Source: Lama glama
Taxonomy: Eukaryota
NCBI GenBank assembly: GCA_028534125.1
Contig: CM052816.1
Location: 31,808,001-31,872,000, forward strand
DNA length: 64,000 bases
Direction: 5' to 3'
The notes beneath the pieces were generated by a model. It had not been told where the DNA came from. It was given only the letters and a program-made list of their open reading frames with translations, and did not search any database. Shown piece after piece: positions 13,821 through 26,459 of the stretch; position 1 is the stretch's first letter, and every line of letters begins with the position of its first letter. The position numbers and the translations under genes are program-made.

Positions 13821-15047
13821 AGATTTGTACATTACTTAGGTACATTTGTATCTATGTACAATATTTCTAATTACTTCTAACATGAGGAGATGTATTTATG
13901 TAATTGTTCACATACTGGAACTTAAAAAAAAGCTTAAAGTCTTTTGAGACAAGTACAGAAAAGATATTTAATGAAACTCAGCATTCAGTGCTGGTTTTAA
14001 AAATATCTATGTTAAAAGCCTATTAGTGAACTAGACACAGAAAGATAGTTCAAGCACCTAGCAGAGTACCAACAATGTTGGAAGCATTCAATAAATAATT
14101 ATCAGATGACTGCATAAACAATGATACCTTCATCTGATAAGAAATATTTACCTCAAAGCAAAAGCAATTTTTCATTCGTGGTTAAAAACTCAAAGGCGTT
14201 TCCTCAACAGAAATTAGGAAAAATGCTCAGTCCACTGTTATTTATATCTGAAATATGTTAAAAAGTGAAAGGTATAAGTATCAATTTTAAAAAGAGAGAA
14301 CAGAATGATTATTATTGACAAATGATTTAATTGTGTCACTGGAAATCCCTTATCCCCCCCTCATCTCTCCTTCCATCTTTCTCCTCTCATGCCTGCCCCT
14401 CCTCCCCAAATACACATTCACAGATAAGTCTTGGCAGGATAGAAAGAAAACCATTCAGGCTCATTAATATTTAAAAGCCGAATCTTTAATACTGTATTCA
14501 TTTGCATTCTTTTATCCTAGGCTTCCCATCAATGTCCAGGAAACTGCCACTATCCTTCTGGGACAGCAAACTGTCTTCCCGTCTCAGTTCTATCATTCTT
14601 CAGTGCTGAACAAGTCTGACATTAGGATTATTTCCGTTGCTTTAAACTAGTGACTCAAAAAGCACAGTCTGCGACCTGCTAGAAGAGATGAGGGTCTTCC
14701 TTCTGAACTGAAAACTAATCCAAGGATGCACATCCTTTCTTTGTCACTACAGGAGAATTGCCTATAATTTCAAATACTTTCATTTTTTACAACACAAATC
14801 CTACCAAAGAACAAACCCTTTAATTAAATATATGATGCATGAATTTTTGTGCCATTTTGTTCATTACTAATTCCCTGTTATCAATGAGTCCAATTTCCAT
14901 TGGAAGGTTTTAAAAGTTAAAAAAAGTTTGAGAATTGATACTTTAAGAAATTCTTATCTTTTATGTCTCCTAGTAAGAAAGAATAGAACCTGAAGCACTC
15001 TGACAGCTGAAGGGAACCAATAACAACTTAAAAAGCAGATGCTGGTG

Positions 15048-15601
15048 CAGGACATGGAAAGAGCCTAAATGTCTATCAACAGATGACTGAATAAAGATGT
15101 GGTATATTTATACAATGGAATACTATTCAGCCATAAAAACTGACAAAATAATGCCATTTGCAGCAACACGGATGTCCCTGGAGAATGTCATTCTAAGTGA
15201 AATAAGCCAGAAAGAGAAAGAAAAATACCATATGAGATCGTTCATATGTGGAATCTAAAAAAAAAAAAAAAGAACATAAATACAAAACAGAAACAGACTC
15301 ATAGACATAGAACACAAATTTGTGGTTGCCAAGGGGGCGAGGGGTGGGAAGGGACAGACTGGGAGTTCAAAATTTGTAGATACTGACAGGCGTATGTAGA
15401 ATAGATAAACAAGATTATACTGTATAGCACAGGGAAATATATACAAGATCTTGTGGTAGCTCACAGCTAAAAAAAATGTGACAATGAATATATGTATGTT
15501 CATGTATAAATGAAAAGTTGTGCTCTACACTGGAATTTGAAACAACATTGTAAAATGACTCTAACTCAATAAAAAATGTTAAACAAAATAAAAATACAAA
15601 A
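15048..15601 (+). mobile_element. Young camelid L1, 5'-truncated, with exact 18-bp TSD
   Basis: TSD aaaaagcagatgctggtg at 15030-15047 and 15602-15619; ORF2 end, 3' UTR and A tail. Confidence 0.96.
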
Positions 15602-18519
15602 AAAAAGCAGATGCTGGTGAACATATTGAGAAGAGTTAAGGATACAATTTCCAGTGTATCATAAAGCAAGTGATTTAAGACTCTACTAACCTATCATCTC
15701 AAAGATTTTAATGTATTTTGTTATTAGTCTGAGTTCACAAATATTTTATTAGTTTTCTAAATGTTTTATGTTCACTATACAAAAAAGCAAAACTATTTGG
15801 GAATTTAACCATTTTAAAGCTTCAATCTATTTTAAACATAGCTTTGTTTTGAAAAACAATAAAGCTGACCTATGGCATCAAGAATTCAATTAGACTATTT
15901 CATAGGTAATGGTTTCTTATTTAGTGATGCAATCATCCATAAAATGGAGTCCTTTCAGAGTTTACTGAGCCATTTTTAATTGTTTTTCCTTAAAGTCAAA
16001 CCGAAGGTTGTTACAGGAAGGAATGATGTATCTCTTGGGGTATGTTTAAGTGGTTTAGACCAATATACAACACTTTTAGCTAAAGGACTCTTTTTAGGTT
16101 TCTCATTCATTTAAAATTTGAACTTACAGTTCTAAATGTTCTTTAATCAAATATATGTTAACACACCTATACATATATATGTATATTCTGGTAGATATTC
16201 TGATATTAGAGTGACAATATTTCATATTCTTATTAGCAATTTCCTTTAGAAAGCTAAAAACGTTCCCTACTTATAATGATTACATGTATTAAAGATGTCT
16301 TAACATGATGAACTGAATTTAGTCATTAAAACTGTCAACTATATAGACTTCATCAATGCTCAGAAAATGTGATGAGTATAAAATGCAAAACATAGCATAG
16401 TACAGACGTACATACCAAAACTCAACCATGTAAAATTGAAATGGAAAGAATTCAGTTGGGATGTGATGGAATGATCTTGGGCCTGGATGTCTATAAACTG
16501 AGGTCTGAATTCCAGCCTGTGCAACTGTGGGTAAAATGCCTAATCCCCCCTCAGCCTCTCTGGGAGAGTTGGCTTCCTCGGCCATGCCATCCTGCAGGTC
16601 CAGGCTCCTACTAGCGACAAATGGCTGAATCACAGAAAAGGGCTGTTACAGACCCACTCCCAAAGGCCTATGCTCAAGCCTCGCTCCTGGACTGCTTCAG
16701 CACCCAAAGAACCACGGCGCTGCCACCAACTGCCTTTCCACCTCTTCGGGTACCTATGTCTAGGTTGCATCCTCATTTTCAGTGTTATCAAAATACACAA
16801 AACCCACAATGTTTTACCACTCAAATCCCCTTTTGAGCATCCTATATCCTATCATCTTCAGAATAAATATTCTAAATTCCTTGAAACACTTCTTCTACCT
16901 AGAGTGATCATACAGTCTGGTTTTCCCGGGATAGCCCTCATTTAACATTGCTTTCCCAGAATAATAAATATATCTTGTCAAGGTATAAAGTTCAGAAAGT
17001 TTAAATATGCATTCAAACAAATATAGAATGAATGTGTTAAATATTTTATTTAAATCCTTACTTAATGAGGGAACAGATAACATCGTAGAAGAATTGGAAG
17101 AGAGATGGAGAGTAAGTTTGCTAGTTGAGTTGGTTAATACCCTAAGAGACACTGAATGATAAATTTGGGGATTATCTTTTCTATTACAAAGTAGACCCAG
17201 TGTCTGGGCTCTAATCAAACAGTAAAGAGCTAAGTCAGAAGGTATACCCTTCTAGAAAATCAAATAATCCTTGGGCAGCCCTGATAAATAATACCCCAGT
17301 ACAATGCTGAAAGGACACATGATTGTTCTCTTGCTTTATTTCCAAGTTTTGGGTAATTTTTCTCAACAGACCCCTTTTACTCTCAAACATATCCCAGTAC
17401 GGACAACAAATTATATGGCAACTAAACTTACAACACATCACTGATATATTCACTGATATATTTTTTTCACCTTCCTGGCTACCCTTCTCTTGACATAATT
17501 CTATTCATGTTTATCTTTTAGGATATAGCATCCAAAATAAAAAAAAATACTCCACATGTGCCTTGACCAGGGCAGGCTTCAGAAGATTTATGACCTCTCA
17601 TAATCTCAATATGCATTCACTACACTACACAATATGCAACACTACACACGGGATAAACAAAGATCACATTAGTGGGCACCTGGTACTATTGGCTTATATT
17701 AAGCAACTGAAACCCTCAAAGTTCTCTTTACCTAGTCTACTTCTTCTGAGAATGTGATATTTTTCAAAAGGCTAAATTTATTCTTGCTGTCATATAACAT
17801 TGTGTTTTCCTCCGGCTATGTATCTCCTTCTTTTATATCTTAATTAATACTGGAACTCTAACGTGCATTACTCACACTTACTGAATGCTGCTCATATGTT
17901 TTATAAAACAAATTGATGATCCTATCTCTCTGGAACCTAAATTATGGATCCCAAACTGGGATCTATCTAGAACCATAGCAATTATCACAACCCACCCACC
18001 CCTTGCCCCAGGCCAAGTGCACCATGCCCACCTAAAGGACAGCCTCACCAGACCCTCTGCTCAGGACTCAATGTCTTGCACCTGCACTTGACTCTCTAGG
18101 CCACGCCTCCGGTTGCCCTGACCACCCCTCTGGCTGCTGCTTCCAGTACACACACTTCTAGGAGTTTTGCCTCCTAATGGCCACCCCAGCTCTGATGCTT
18201 GATTTTTTGCTTGATTAATAGTCAGCTCCTCCAGCAGACCCATGAATAACAAGTCTTTCTTCCACCAGAACTCAGGATACTACTTTTTGAGTCCTGCCCT
18301 TCCAGGTCCATGGACAGTCTTGGTGTGGTTCTAGCTGTACTCCGCTATTGAAAACCCAAGAATATTTGAGGCAAGAAGAACATAGCCAAAGTTGCCTCAC
18401 TTAAAATTCAAGGTCGTGAAAACTCCTACTCCCACCTTCTGTCAGTTTCCCTTTTGAGAACTTCACCATCAGATCACAAAACAAGTCACCCCACCCCATC
18501 CCCAACCTACAGAAAATAA

Positions 18520-18862
18520 AGTAGTTGCTCCCCACCTCCCCCCACCCATTTCACCTTCCATGGTTTCAGTTACCCATGGTCAACTGTAGCCTGAAAATAT
18601 TCAATGGAAAATTCCAGAAGTAAACAATTCATAAGTTTTCAATTACTTGCTATTCTGGGCAGCATAATGAAATCTCTCCCTCTCCCATTCCATCCTGCCT
18701 AGTTCGTGAATCATCTCTGTGTTCAGTGTATCCACACCGTATATGCTGCCTGCCCATTAGTGTAGGGAAAAGAGTGTACATAGGGCCTAGCAACATCCAT
18801 GGTTTCAGGCACCCCCTGGAGGTCTTGGATTATATTCCCCGCAGATAAGGGGGGACTGCAGT
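18520..18862 (+). mobile_element. MER44A-like TcMar-Tigger MITE
   Basis: 'ggtttcagttacccatggtcaact..gcctgaaaatatt.aatggaaaattccagaa.taaacaattcataagtttt'; 3' TIR 'gcagataaggggggactgcag'. Confidence 0.88.
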
Positions 18863-18892
18863 AGGCTGTACCCTTTAGCTCATCCTCTAAGA

Positions 18893-19112
18893 CAGAAGCT
18901 GCCAAACTAAAGCCTACACACCAAATCCAGACACTGCCTGATTTTGTAAATGAAGGTTTACTGGAACACAGCCACACCCATTTGTTTGTATATTGTCTGT
19001 GGCTGTTTTTGTGCTGCAGTGTCAGGGATAAGTAGTGACAGAAACACGTGCAAGGCCTGCAAAGCCAAAATATTTACTACCTAACCTTTTACAGAAAAAC
19101 TTGCTGACCCCT
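18893..19112 (+). mobile_element. MER58A hAT-Charlie
   Basis: 'ttttgtaaat.aagg.ttactggaacacagccacacccatt','ttttacagaaaaacttgctgacccctg'. Confidence 0.92.
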
Positions 19113-19199
19113 GCTCCCGCTCCTTCAAAGCCCATCTTGCAGGTCATCTCCCTGTACGTTCTTTAGTATAGCACCCCTGCTAGGCGGAACTGATGGCTT

Positions 19200-19600
19200 T
19201 GTCATGTATCTGTCCACAGCCCTTATAGGTCCTCTATAAAGCAACAAACACTTCGTGTGATAACTGTTGAGCACAGGTCTATTTCTCTCCCTGATAGGAG
19301 CACTTATCTTCAGGACCATATCATCTCTAAATGCTTAAGACCTGCCTAGTACAGCATCTGATCTACAATGGTTAATCATACTTTGTTGTTTATTTTCTAT
19401 TACTGAACAACAACTATGTGCAAGGCACTTGCATGAGCATTTACAGTCACTCTTTTTCATGACCTTCACAAAAACCTTCAGAAAAAGACTGAGGCCCTGA
19501 GAGGTTAAGTAGATGGCCAAGGTGACAGAATTATTAAGAGGTAGATCAATGGCGAAACTCTGATTTCCCTGCATCTTCTGCCTGGTCTTCTGACCTCTAT
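19200..19600. mobile_element. L2 3' end (+, ~19200-19390) next to MIR (-, ~19400-19600)
   Basis: 'gagcacaggtctatttc..tgcctagtacag'; 'gactgaggccctgagaggttaagtagatggccaaggtgacag'. Confidence 0.7.
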
Positions 19601-22539
19601 GCAATATAATTAGGGTTTATTCAATAAACTATCTGGTAAAAACCCTGTTAGCTTCTCATTCAGAGTTGGAAACTCAGTCAAAAGTAAGAGCTGGAGGCTT
19701 TGTGCTTACATTATTCACCTGTTTACTCAAGTGAGACCTTAGAACTCAATATTTGTGAGGGTGTCCTGCTATGGAGGCTGTCTGCCATCAGCTTTGCCCT
19801 ATTCTGTGGCCAAGGAAGCATCCTTGTCCTTTCTAACTATATAGGCAGTAACTTGGCTGGGGAGGCCAGGAAAGTTTAAGAAAAGTGTACATGGCAGATC
19901 ACCTCTTCAGGTCACAGAAAAGACGTGCAGTTATAGAAATTAGCTGAGTCAATAGTCCTTTTGAAATAATATATCAGAAACTGTATCTGGAAGTTGGAAA
20001 TAAGAGAAAGGGAAATAAGGCTAGGCACACACTTTCAGAATCATATGGGGGAAATGACCACCCAAGAATTATATACAGGAATCTACTATTTACCACAGAT
20101 TAAAGATTCTAGACTTCATGAACTTATTAACTTGTAGAGATTTCTATTCAGTAGAACAGATAACCCTCAAGATTTATGGCCTGTTATACATTAAACAGTT
20201 TTATAACCAACTCAGCAATCATAATACTTCTTTATTAAGTTGCCTATAAATGTCCTGGCTTCTTAAATGTTCTTTCAACTGCTAACATCTAACTGGTTCC
20301 TTCGTTAATGAATGAGTTCAACAAAATCAATGACACATGTTCATTTCATTTTTGCCTGGGAATTATGATTTTACCTTTTGGAAAATTAAACTTTACAAAG
20401 ATGTTCAAGATTTCACATTTACATGAAGAGCTTCAACTGATAAAAAACAAAGACCTAAGGTAATTTATTTAGTCCATCTATTATTTAAATTTCCCTGTGA
20501 AAAGTGACTTTTTTTTTAATGTGCTAAACTGAAGAGTATTTAACTTTCCTTTAGACATATTTTACAAGGTACAGTTATTGATCTGAGATAATTCAACAGA
20601 AGGAAATTACATTGGGAATGCATTCAGTCTGATGGAAATTATATGTGAGCTGGATAAAGCTAAATAAAAACAAGATTTCACAGTTGTTCCTATCACATTC
20701 TGTTGTATGACAGGTAAATTCAAACGTTGTATTTTCTCACTTTATTGATAACTGACATGAAGTATTTTCAGCTCAATTTAGTGACTTTTGCCTTTGAGAA
20801 AACAGTGTTACCTTTAGCAATGACTCCAGAGCCTAGACAGATAATGGCTATATCAAAGGTCTGGTCCTTCAGAGAACACTTTCTCAGGAAGGATTTACAA
20901 GATCTCCTCTCCCATTATATAAGATTACTCAGCAATTGACAGCTCACCAACTTTCCTATCAAGGCTGAGATTTTCATCAGGGTGACATGCAAGATAGAGA
21001 GTAACCAAGGCCTGTTGAAACAAGGACAAGTTGTTCCTGGGCTGTCAATATGCAAATAATATCACATCTCTTTATTATAAATGTGTAGATGAGCAAACTG
21101 TGTTTACTTCAGCTCCCACCCCGCACGAAGGACTTGAAGATGAATACACCAGTTATTCAAGTCTCTCTGTACACACCTTGTACCTCTCAACACCCCAGGG
21201 TTTATGAGATGTTGGGTTATCCTGTGTGATCACCAGTGACCTGCTGCTGGCCTTAGCTAGGATCCTTTTAAATTTGGGGGCTTGAGGACATGTTTGGCTC
21301 TGGGGACCTTGGCCTCCACTCTCCATAGGCTAACGTGGAGATGATATGAGCCATCAATCCCCCCACCGTGGAGGCACTAAGCCCTCAAAGATTTCCACCT
21401 GTCTCCACTCCCACTTGGGGGGAGTCCTCATATCTCCTGAATAGATGCTTCTTCCTTCAACACTTAAAGTGCTAAGCCTTCAATCCTCTCCCTGTCCAAT
21501 TAATCCAGGTTAATCTTCAAAATGGGCTAAAAGCCTTCAAAAACAAATCCATGCTTAGTTCATTTGGGCCATCTCAGGGTAAGAGCATTCTACTTTCACC
21601 CTGAAACATGGACTGTGAACTACAAGATGTTATAGGGTGTCAAGGGGACAGGGCTTGTGGGGACAGAGATACGGAGTTCAGAGCACAAGGAAAGACAGGC
21701 CTAGCCTGGGATGGGCTGGGGGTCCTGGGGGTGATGTGCGAGACAGAGGCTAAATTTCTCATTGCTCTATAGTGTAAGCCTACACTCAGGAAACTAAATT
21801 ATTTCTCAATAAATTTTTCAAATCCAGGCTCCTCTACATAATAGCCAAGTTACTTAACCTCAATTGCCTCATCTAAAAATGGGGTTAATAATGGCTTCTA
21901 TTTTGTATGGCTGGATAAGAATTACATAGTAATTATTCAATAAATTTTGCATTTTATTAAAATCTAGGATTATAATTAGTATTTACTGCCACAGTAATTT
22001 CTCAATAAACTGCCACCTTTACATTGGATATACCACTGGATTCCATTAGAATGGAATCACCAGGATTACTGAAGCTGAGACACCCTGAGACAACAACTCT
22101 AATCCTTGGGAAGAACCACAAAATCCCCAGAAATCCCTGAAGGGAAAATCTATGTAATGGAATTGTGTCTGATAATGCATATTGCCTCAAAGCCTCATTT
22201 AGAAGTGTGGCTAGAGCTGGGGATCCATTTCCTCTGCAACGTGAGGGCCACATGGATCTGGAAATTCTCTGATGGTGCTGTTCTTTCCTCTAACCCTATA
22301 ACATGTCATATGTCTAAGGAGAAAGCTTATCTCCTGCTCAGAAACTCTACACCTAACCTCGGTTTGCACAGTGTACCCTTGGGAAGTGTCCTACTGGGGA
22401 GCCATGGTAATATGAGTGTTCAAATGGATTAGCTACAGTGTCATGATATGAGATTATAAGCAACATATGTTTAAAGCACTTGGCTGAAAAGAACAGGAAA
22501 GAAAATCTAATACAGCAGGAACACAGGAAGGGAGTAAGT

Positions 22540-23270
22540 AATAAGAGAGGCCAGAGAGTTGGGATGGAACCATGTATGCAGGACCTGCAGATCACAAGGA
22601 GTTCAGACTTTATCCTAAAGAAGTGAAATGATCGAGTTTTCATTTTAAGCAGATTACCCTGGCCACAGTGAAGACAACTGACTTTAGTGGGACAAAATTA
22701 GATACAGGGAATTTAACAGAAAACTACTGCAGAAAAATGGGTGACAAACAATGTTTACTTAGATTAGAATGGTGACAGTGAGAAAGAAAAGAAGTGGATG
22801 GATTTCAAAGATCTCTAGGAGGTAGTAACAATAATAGGTCGAGGAGGCTAAGAAAGAGGGAGAAGCAAAGCCCGCTGCCAAGTCTGTGGCCAGTCATTTA
22901 CTGTTAGAGAGAACACTGGAGGAGGAGTGGTCTTCAGCTGATGAACTCATTTAGGGGAATATTCAATATGAATTGATTAAACCTGAATATTAAATTTGAC
23001 ACATCCAAGGAGGAATCTCAAGCAGGCAAACCAATACTCAGAAGAAAGCCTGGTCAAACATTACGGAAGTTCTCAACACAAAAATAGCAATCGAAGCCAT
23101 GGAAACAGGTGCCGTCGCCTGGAAAGAGAATACAGGGAAGAAGCAGAGTGAGAAGACAGAAGTTTGAAAGAATAGAGGGAAATGATAAAGCAAAGAAGAT
23201 TGTGAAAGAGAAGAGAGTCAGGAGTTCTCACCATGCCAGCCTGTGTAGAGACCAAAAGGAATCCTATTCT
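22540..23270 (-). mobile_element. L2 LINE fragment
   Basis: 'aaggagttcagactttatccta','ggtgacagtgagaaag..aagaagtggatggatttcaaagat'. Confidence 0.75.
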
Positions 23271-23599
23271 ATAACGACGGAGACTAGTGATGGGGCTTTT
23301 AGGCCAGGCAGGGGACAGGAGGAGAAGATGCCATACTGAGCAGGTGGGGGCACATGTCAGAGTAGGACACAGCTCCCTCCTCACACTCACTGCCTACTCC
23401 CTTCTGCCCCAGTGCTCTCAGCTAGCTGGGCTGACAGGGGATCGTGCTGGCCGCCCTTCTCTCCACGTGGCTACACTCAGCCTGGATCTGTCTGGTTGAC
23501 CACATTCCTCTGGGTTCAGGTGACCAGTAAGGGAATAAAATGAGAAGGGAAAGGCCTGCAGCCTCCAAGGAGAGAAGGTGGTGCAGACTCTCTCTCCTT

Positions 23600-23920
23600 C
23601 CCAGGGCTTCTCACTAACTGCTTATCAGGAAACCACTTGTCAAGATTCTTAGAATCTGCAGTTTAATAAGATCCCTGGGTGACTGGGATATACATTAACA
23701 TTTGAGACATACTGATCTGTAGTAAGGGGTCAGTAAACGTTCTAGAAAATGACAGTAAATATTTTAGGTTTTGTGGGCCACATGGTCTCTGAGACTACTT
23801 TGCTGCTGTAGAGCAATGCAGACCTAGATGGTATGTAACAAATGAGGGGCTGTGTTCCAATGAAAGTTATTTATGATGCTGAAATATGAATTTCACATAA
23901 TTTTTACACATCACACACAA
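23600..23920. mobile_element. MER5A-like (~23600-23715) followed by MER58B-like (~23722-23920) hAT elements
   Basis: 'gaatctgcagtttaataagatccctgggtga'; 'agtaaatattttaggttttgtgggccacatggtctctg','ggctgtgttccaatgaaa'. Confidence 0.75.
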
Positions 23921-25639
23921 AAAACAATAATGTTATTCTAGTAGGATTCTAGAAAATTTGTAGGTAAAAGTATTAGATGATTCTGTAAAACCTAGGGAGT
24001 AAAGGAGACATATAATTTTAAAAATAAGGTCCTTCTATTTCTAAATAAAGCCTCTTTCAACTTTCAATAGTCATCATCCAGACAAGAGTCCTATGCAGAT
24101 GTAATTTGGCCTCACACATACAAAACTGAAAATCTAGAGTTTTTAGAAGTGATTTTGAATAAAAATTTCTTATTTGCAGGAACAAAACTGCCCTACTGTG
24201 CTATGGTGCTTCAGATAACCATTAAGTTTTTGTAGGTATTTCAACCAAATACTTCCTTCTTGGGATTAATTTTTTGAGTTTTTCACTTGTTTCTTGGTTT
24301 GCCATTCTTTCTATAGACATTTAAAGCTTTACGAACAGGTAGGAGGCTCATATGAAACACTTGCTTTATCTGCTAAGCAGGACTGTATTCCCAGATGAAA
24401 TACAGATTTCTTAAGTTAACCCATTCCTTACTAAAAGAAATAAAATCACCAAAATTTCCCTCTCATCAAACTGAATAAGATCTTTTTCTCAATTTTTGAA
24501 CTGCTCTACCTTAAAACAGTTTCCTATTTTTTCCATTCTTCAGTCATTAGTGTTCTTGGCATCTCACTCATTAGTGTTCTTCAATCATCCCACTCAATGC
24601 ACTCCTCTTGGATTTCTTTTCATCATATCTTGCCAACGGAACTGAAAAGTGGAAAACTGAAACTTTTCATTTCATTTTAAAAGTCATTTGAAATTAAGAT
24701 CAAATAAAATTCCATCTACGGGCCAAAGTCTCTTCTGAATGCTGTTTCATCCACTCTTCTCCAAATGCTTGATGTGCATGTAATCAAGTTATGCAAAAAG
24801 TTCTAACATTTAAAAACATATTTTCTATACAATACAAGGTGGTAAAATTTAAACAACTATAAAGAATCTAAAATTACTCAAAGCAAAAGCCAGTCAAGAT
24901 CGACAACCATGTCCCCCATTTTTTCATGACTTCCTTTTTAAAAGCAATTGTTTATGTAGTATTGAAACACTAAAATTTTAAACTTGAGAGTATGAACTTT
25001 AGAAGATTTAGTTCTTCACTCAACTCTTAAGAAGAGATAAGCTATCTTGAAGGCATGAGTTTCTTTTGGGGTGCACAGAACCCTAATGATGTCTTCCCAA
25101 AAAGTGTGAGGAATTGCTACCTTTTGATGCAACAGGAGAGTCAAGAAGAAAGGCAGAAAAGGTAGAGACTAATTAAAAGGGGATCCTGTTTCTTTTTCTT
25201 TTAGACTTAAAAAGCAGCAAAAAAAAAAAGTGATTCTTACCTTGAAAGCAAGACAAAGTTGGATAATTAATAAAATAATGATTTGCCCTGAGCTCATCTG
25301 AGAGCCAAGGCAGCAAGGCAGTAGGGTGAACTAAGTTTCACAGAGCTAACCCCTCTGAGAAGACACCAGATGCACCAACTGCTTCACCTGTGGCAAAGTA
25401 CAGCATGAAGAGGTGACCACCTTAAAAGAGGATAATCAGGAAACATAAAATTTAAGGAATTTTTCATTCCTTCAGGTGTGGGCTAGAGTGATACTGAGAT
25501 CCCTGGTTGCTCCTGATACAAGGAAGTCCCATTCTCTCCAAGCTCATTCCACCCAACCCTATCCCATCCCCTCCCTGCCTCCACCCCAGCTCAGGCCCCA
25601 CCCACTTTCCCTTCTGCAAGGAGACTCTTCTGAAAGTGG

Positions 25640-26458
25640 AAACCTCGGACTGTAGGTCCCGGGGGGGGGGGGCAGGAAGTGCTCCACCGATCCCAGGCAA
25701 AGACTCATTGCTTCTGGGCCTGGGTAGAAGCCAGTATTGCTTGCCTTTCCCCCTACTCCCAGGTCAGGAAGTCCCTCTCAACCCCACCACCAACCATGCA
25801 CAAGGGTGAGCAATCTACCACTACGGCTGGGGTTCGGAGATACAGGGCAACCATTTGTCTGATCAAGAGCAATCTGGGCCACTGCTGCTGAGGGAGGAAT
25901 AAAACTATAGCTGCTGCCACTGGGAAGGGAGCAGGAACTCCCCCAGGGTCCAGGATTCTGTGTTGGCACAAAGCAGAGGTCCAGAAGTCAGCTCTCACTG
26001 GAAGAGGACCAGGGAACTCTCTCCTGCCCCCAACTCTCCACAGATACCAGGCAGAGCTTGAGGTGTCATATAGGGGACAAGAATGATGAAACAGCCCCAC
26101 TCCTGAGATCCATGCACCCAGGATCTGGCTAAGCACAGCTGGACCAAAAGAGCTAAGGGAATAGCCCACCCCCAGTTTCAGCCTCCCACCAAATAAACAG
26201 CAAGGGCAGTACACTGCATGGGAAGGGTAAGAGCATAGAAAGAGACCCTTTTGTGGCTCAGGCTTTCAGGGCTGCCTAAAGTTAAGCGTAAATCGGGAAC
26301 ACTGAGAGAAACCCTCCAGCGCCCTAGAGTTTATATTAAGTACAAGGCAGCAGCAGTCCACCACAGGAGGGACTTGAAGACAGTGATACCTCAGGCTCTA
26401 CTGTTCTTTTTATATAAAATATCCAGTAATTCAATCAAAAATGATGAGACACACACAA
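25640..26458 (+). mobile_element. Old L1M 5'-region fragment
   Basis: 'cccaggcaaagact.attg', 'agataccaggcagag', ending in 'atccagtaattcaatcaaaaatgatgagacac' shared with the L1 5' region at 28.3 kb. Confidence 0.6.
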
Positions 26459-26459
26459 C

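Noticed and set aside
24544..24581. 14-bp direct repeat tcattagtgttctt (similar small duplications at ~17445 and ~62970)
   Set aside because: Only two copies; ordinary local duplication, not an array or CRISPR-like structure
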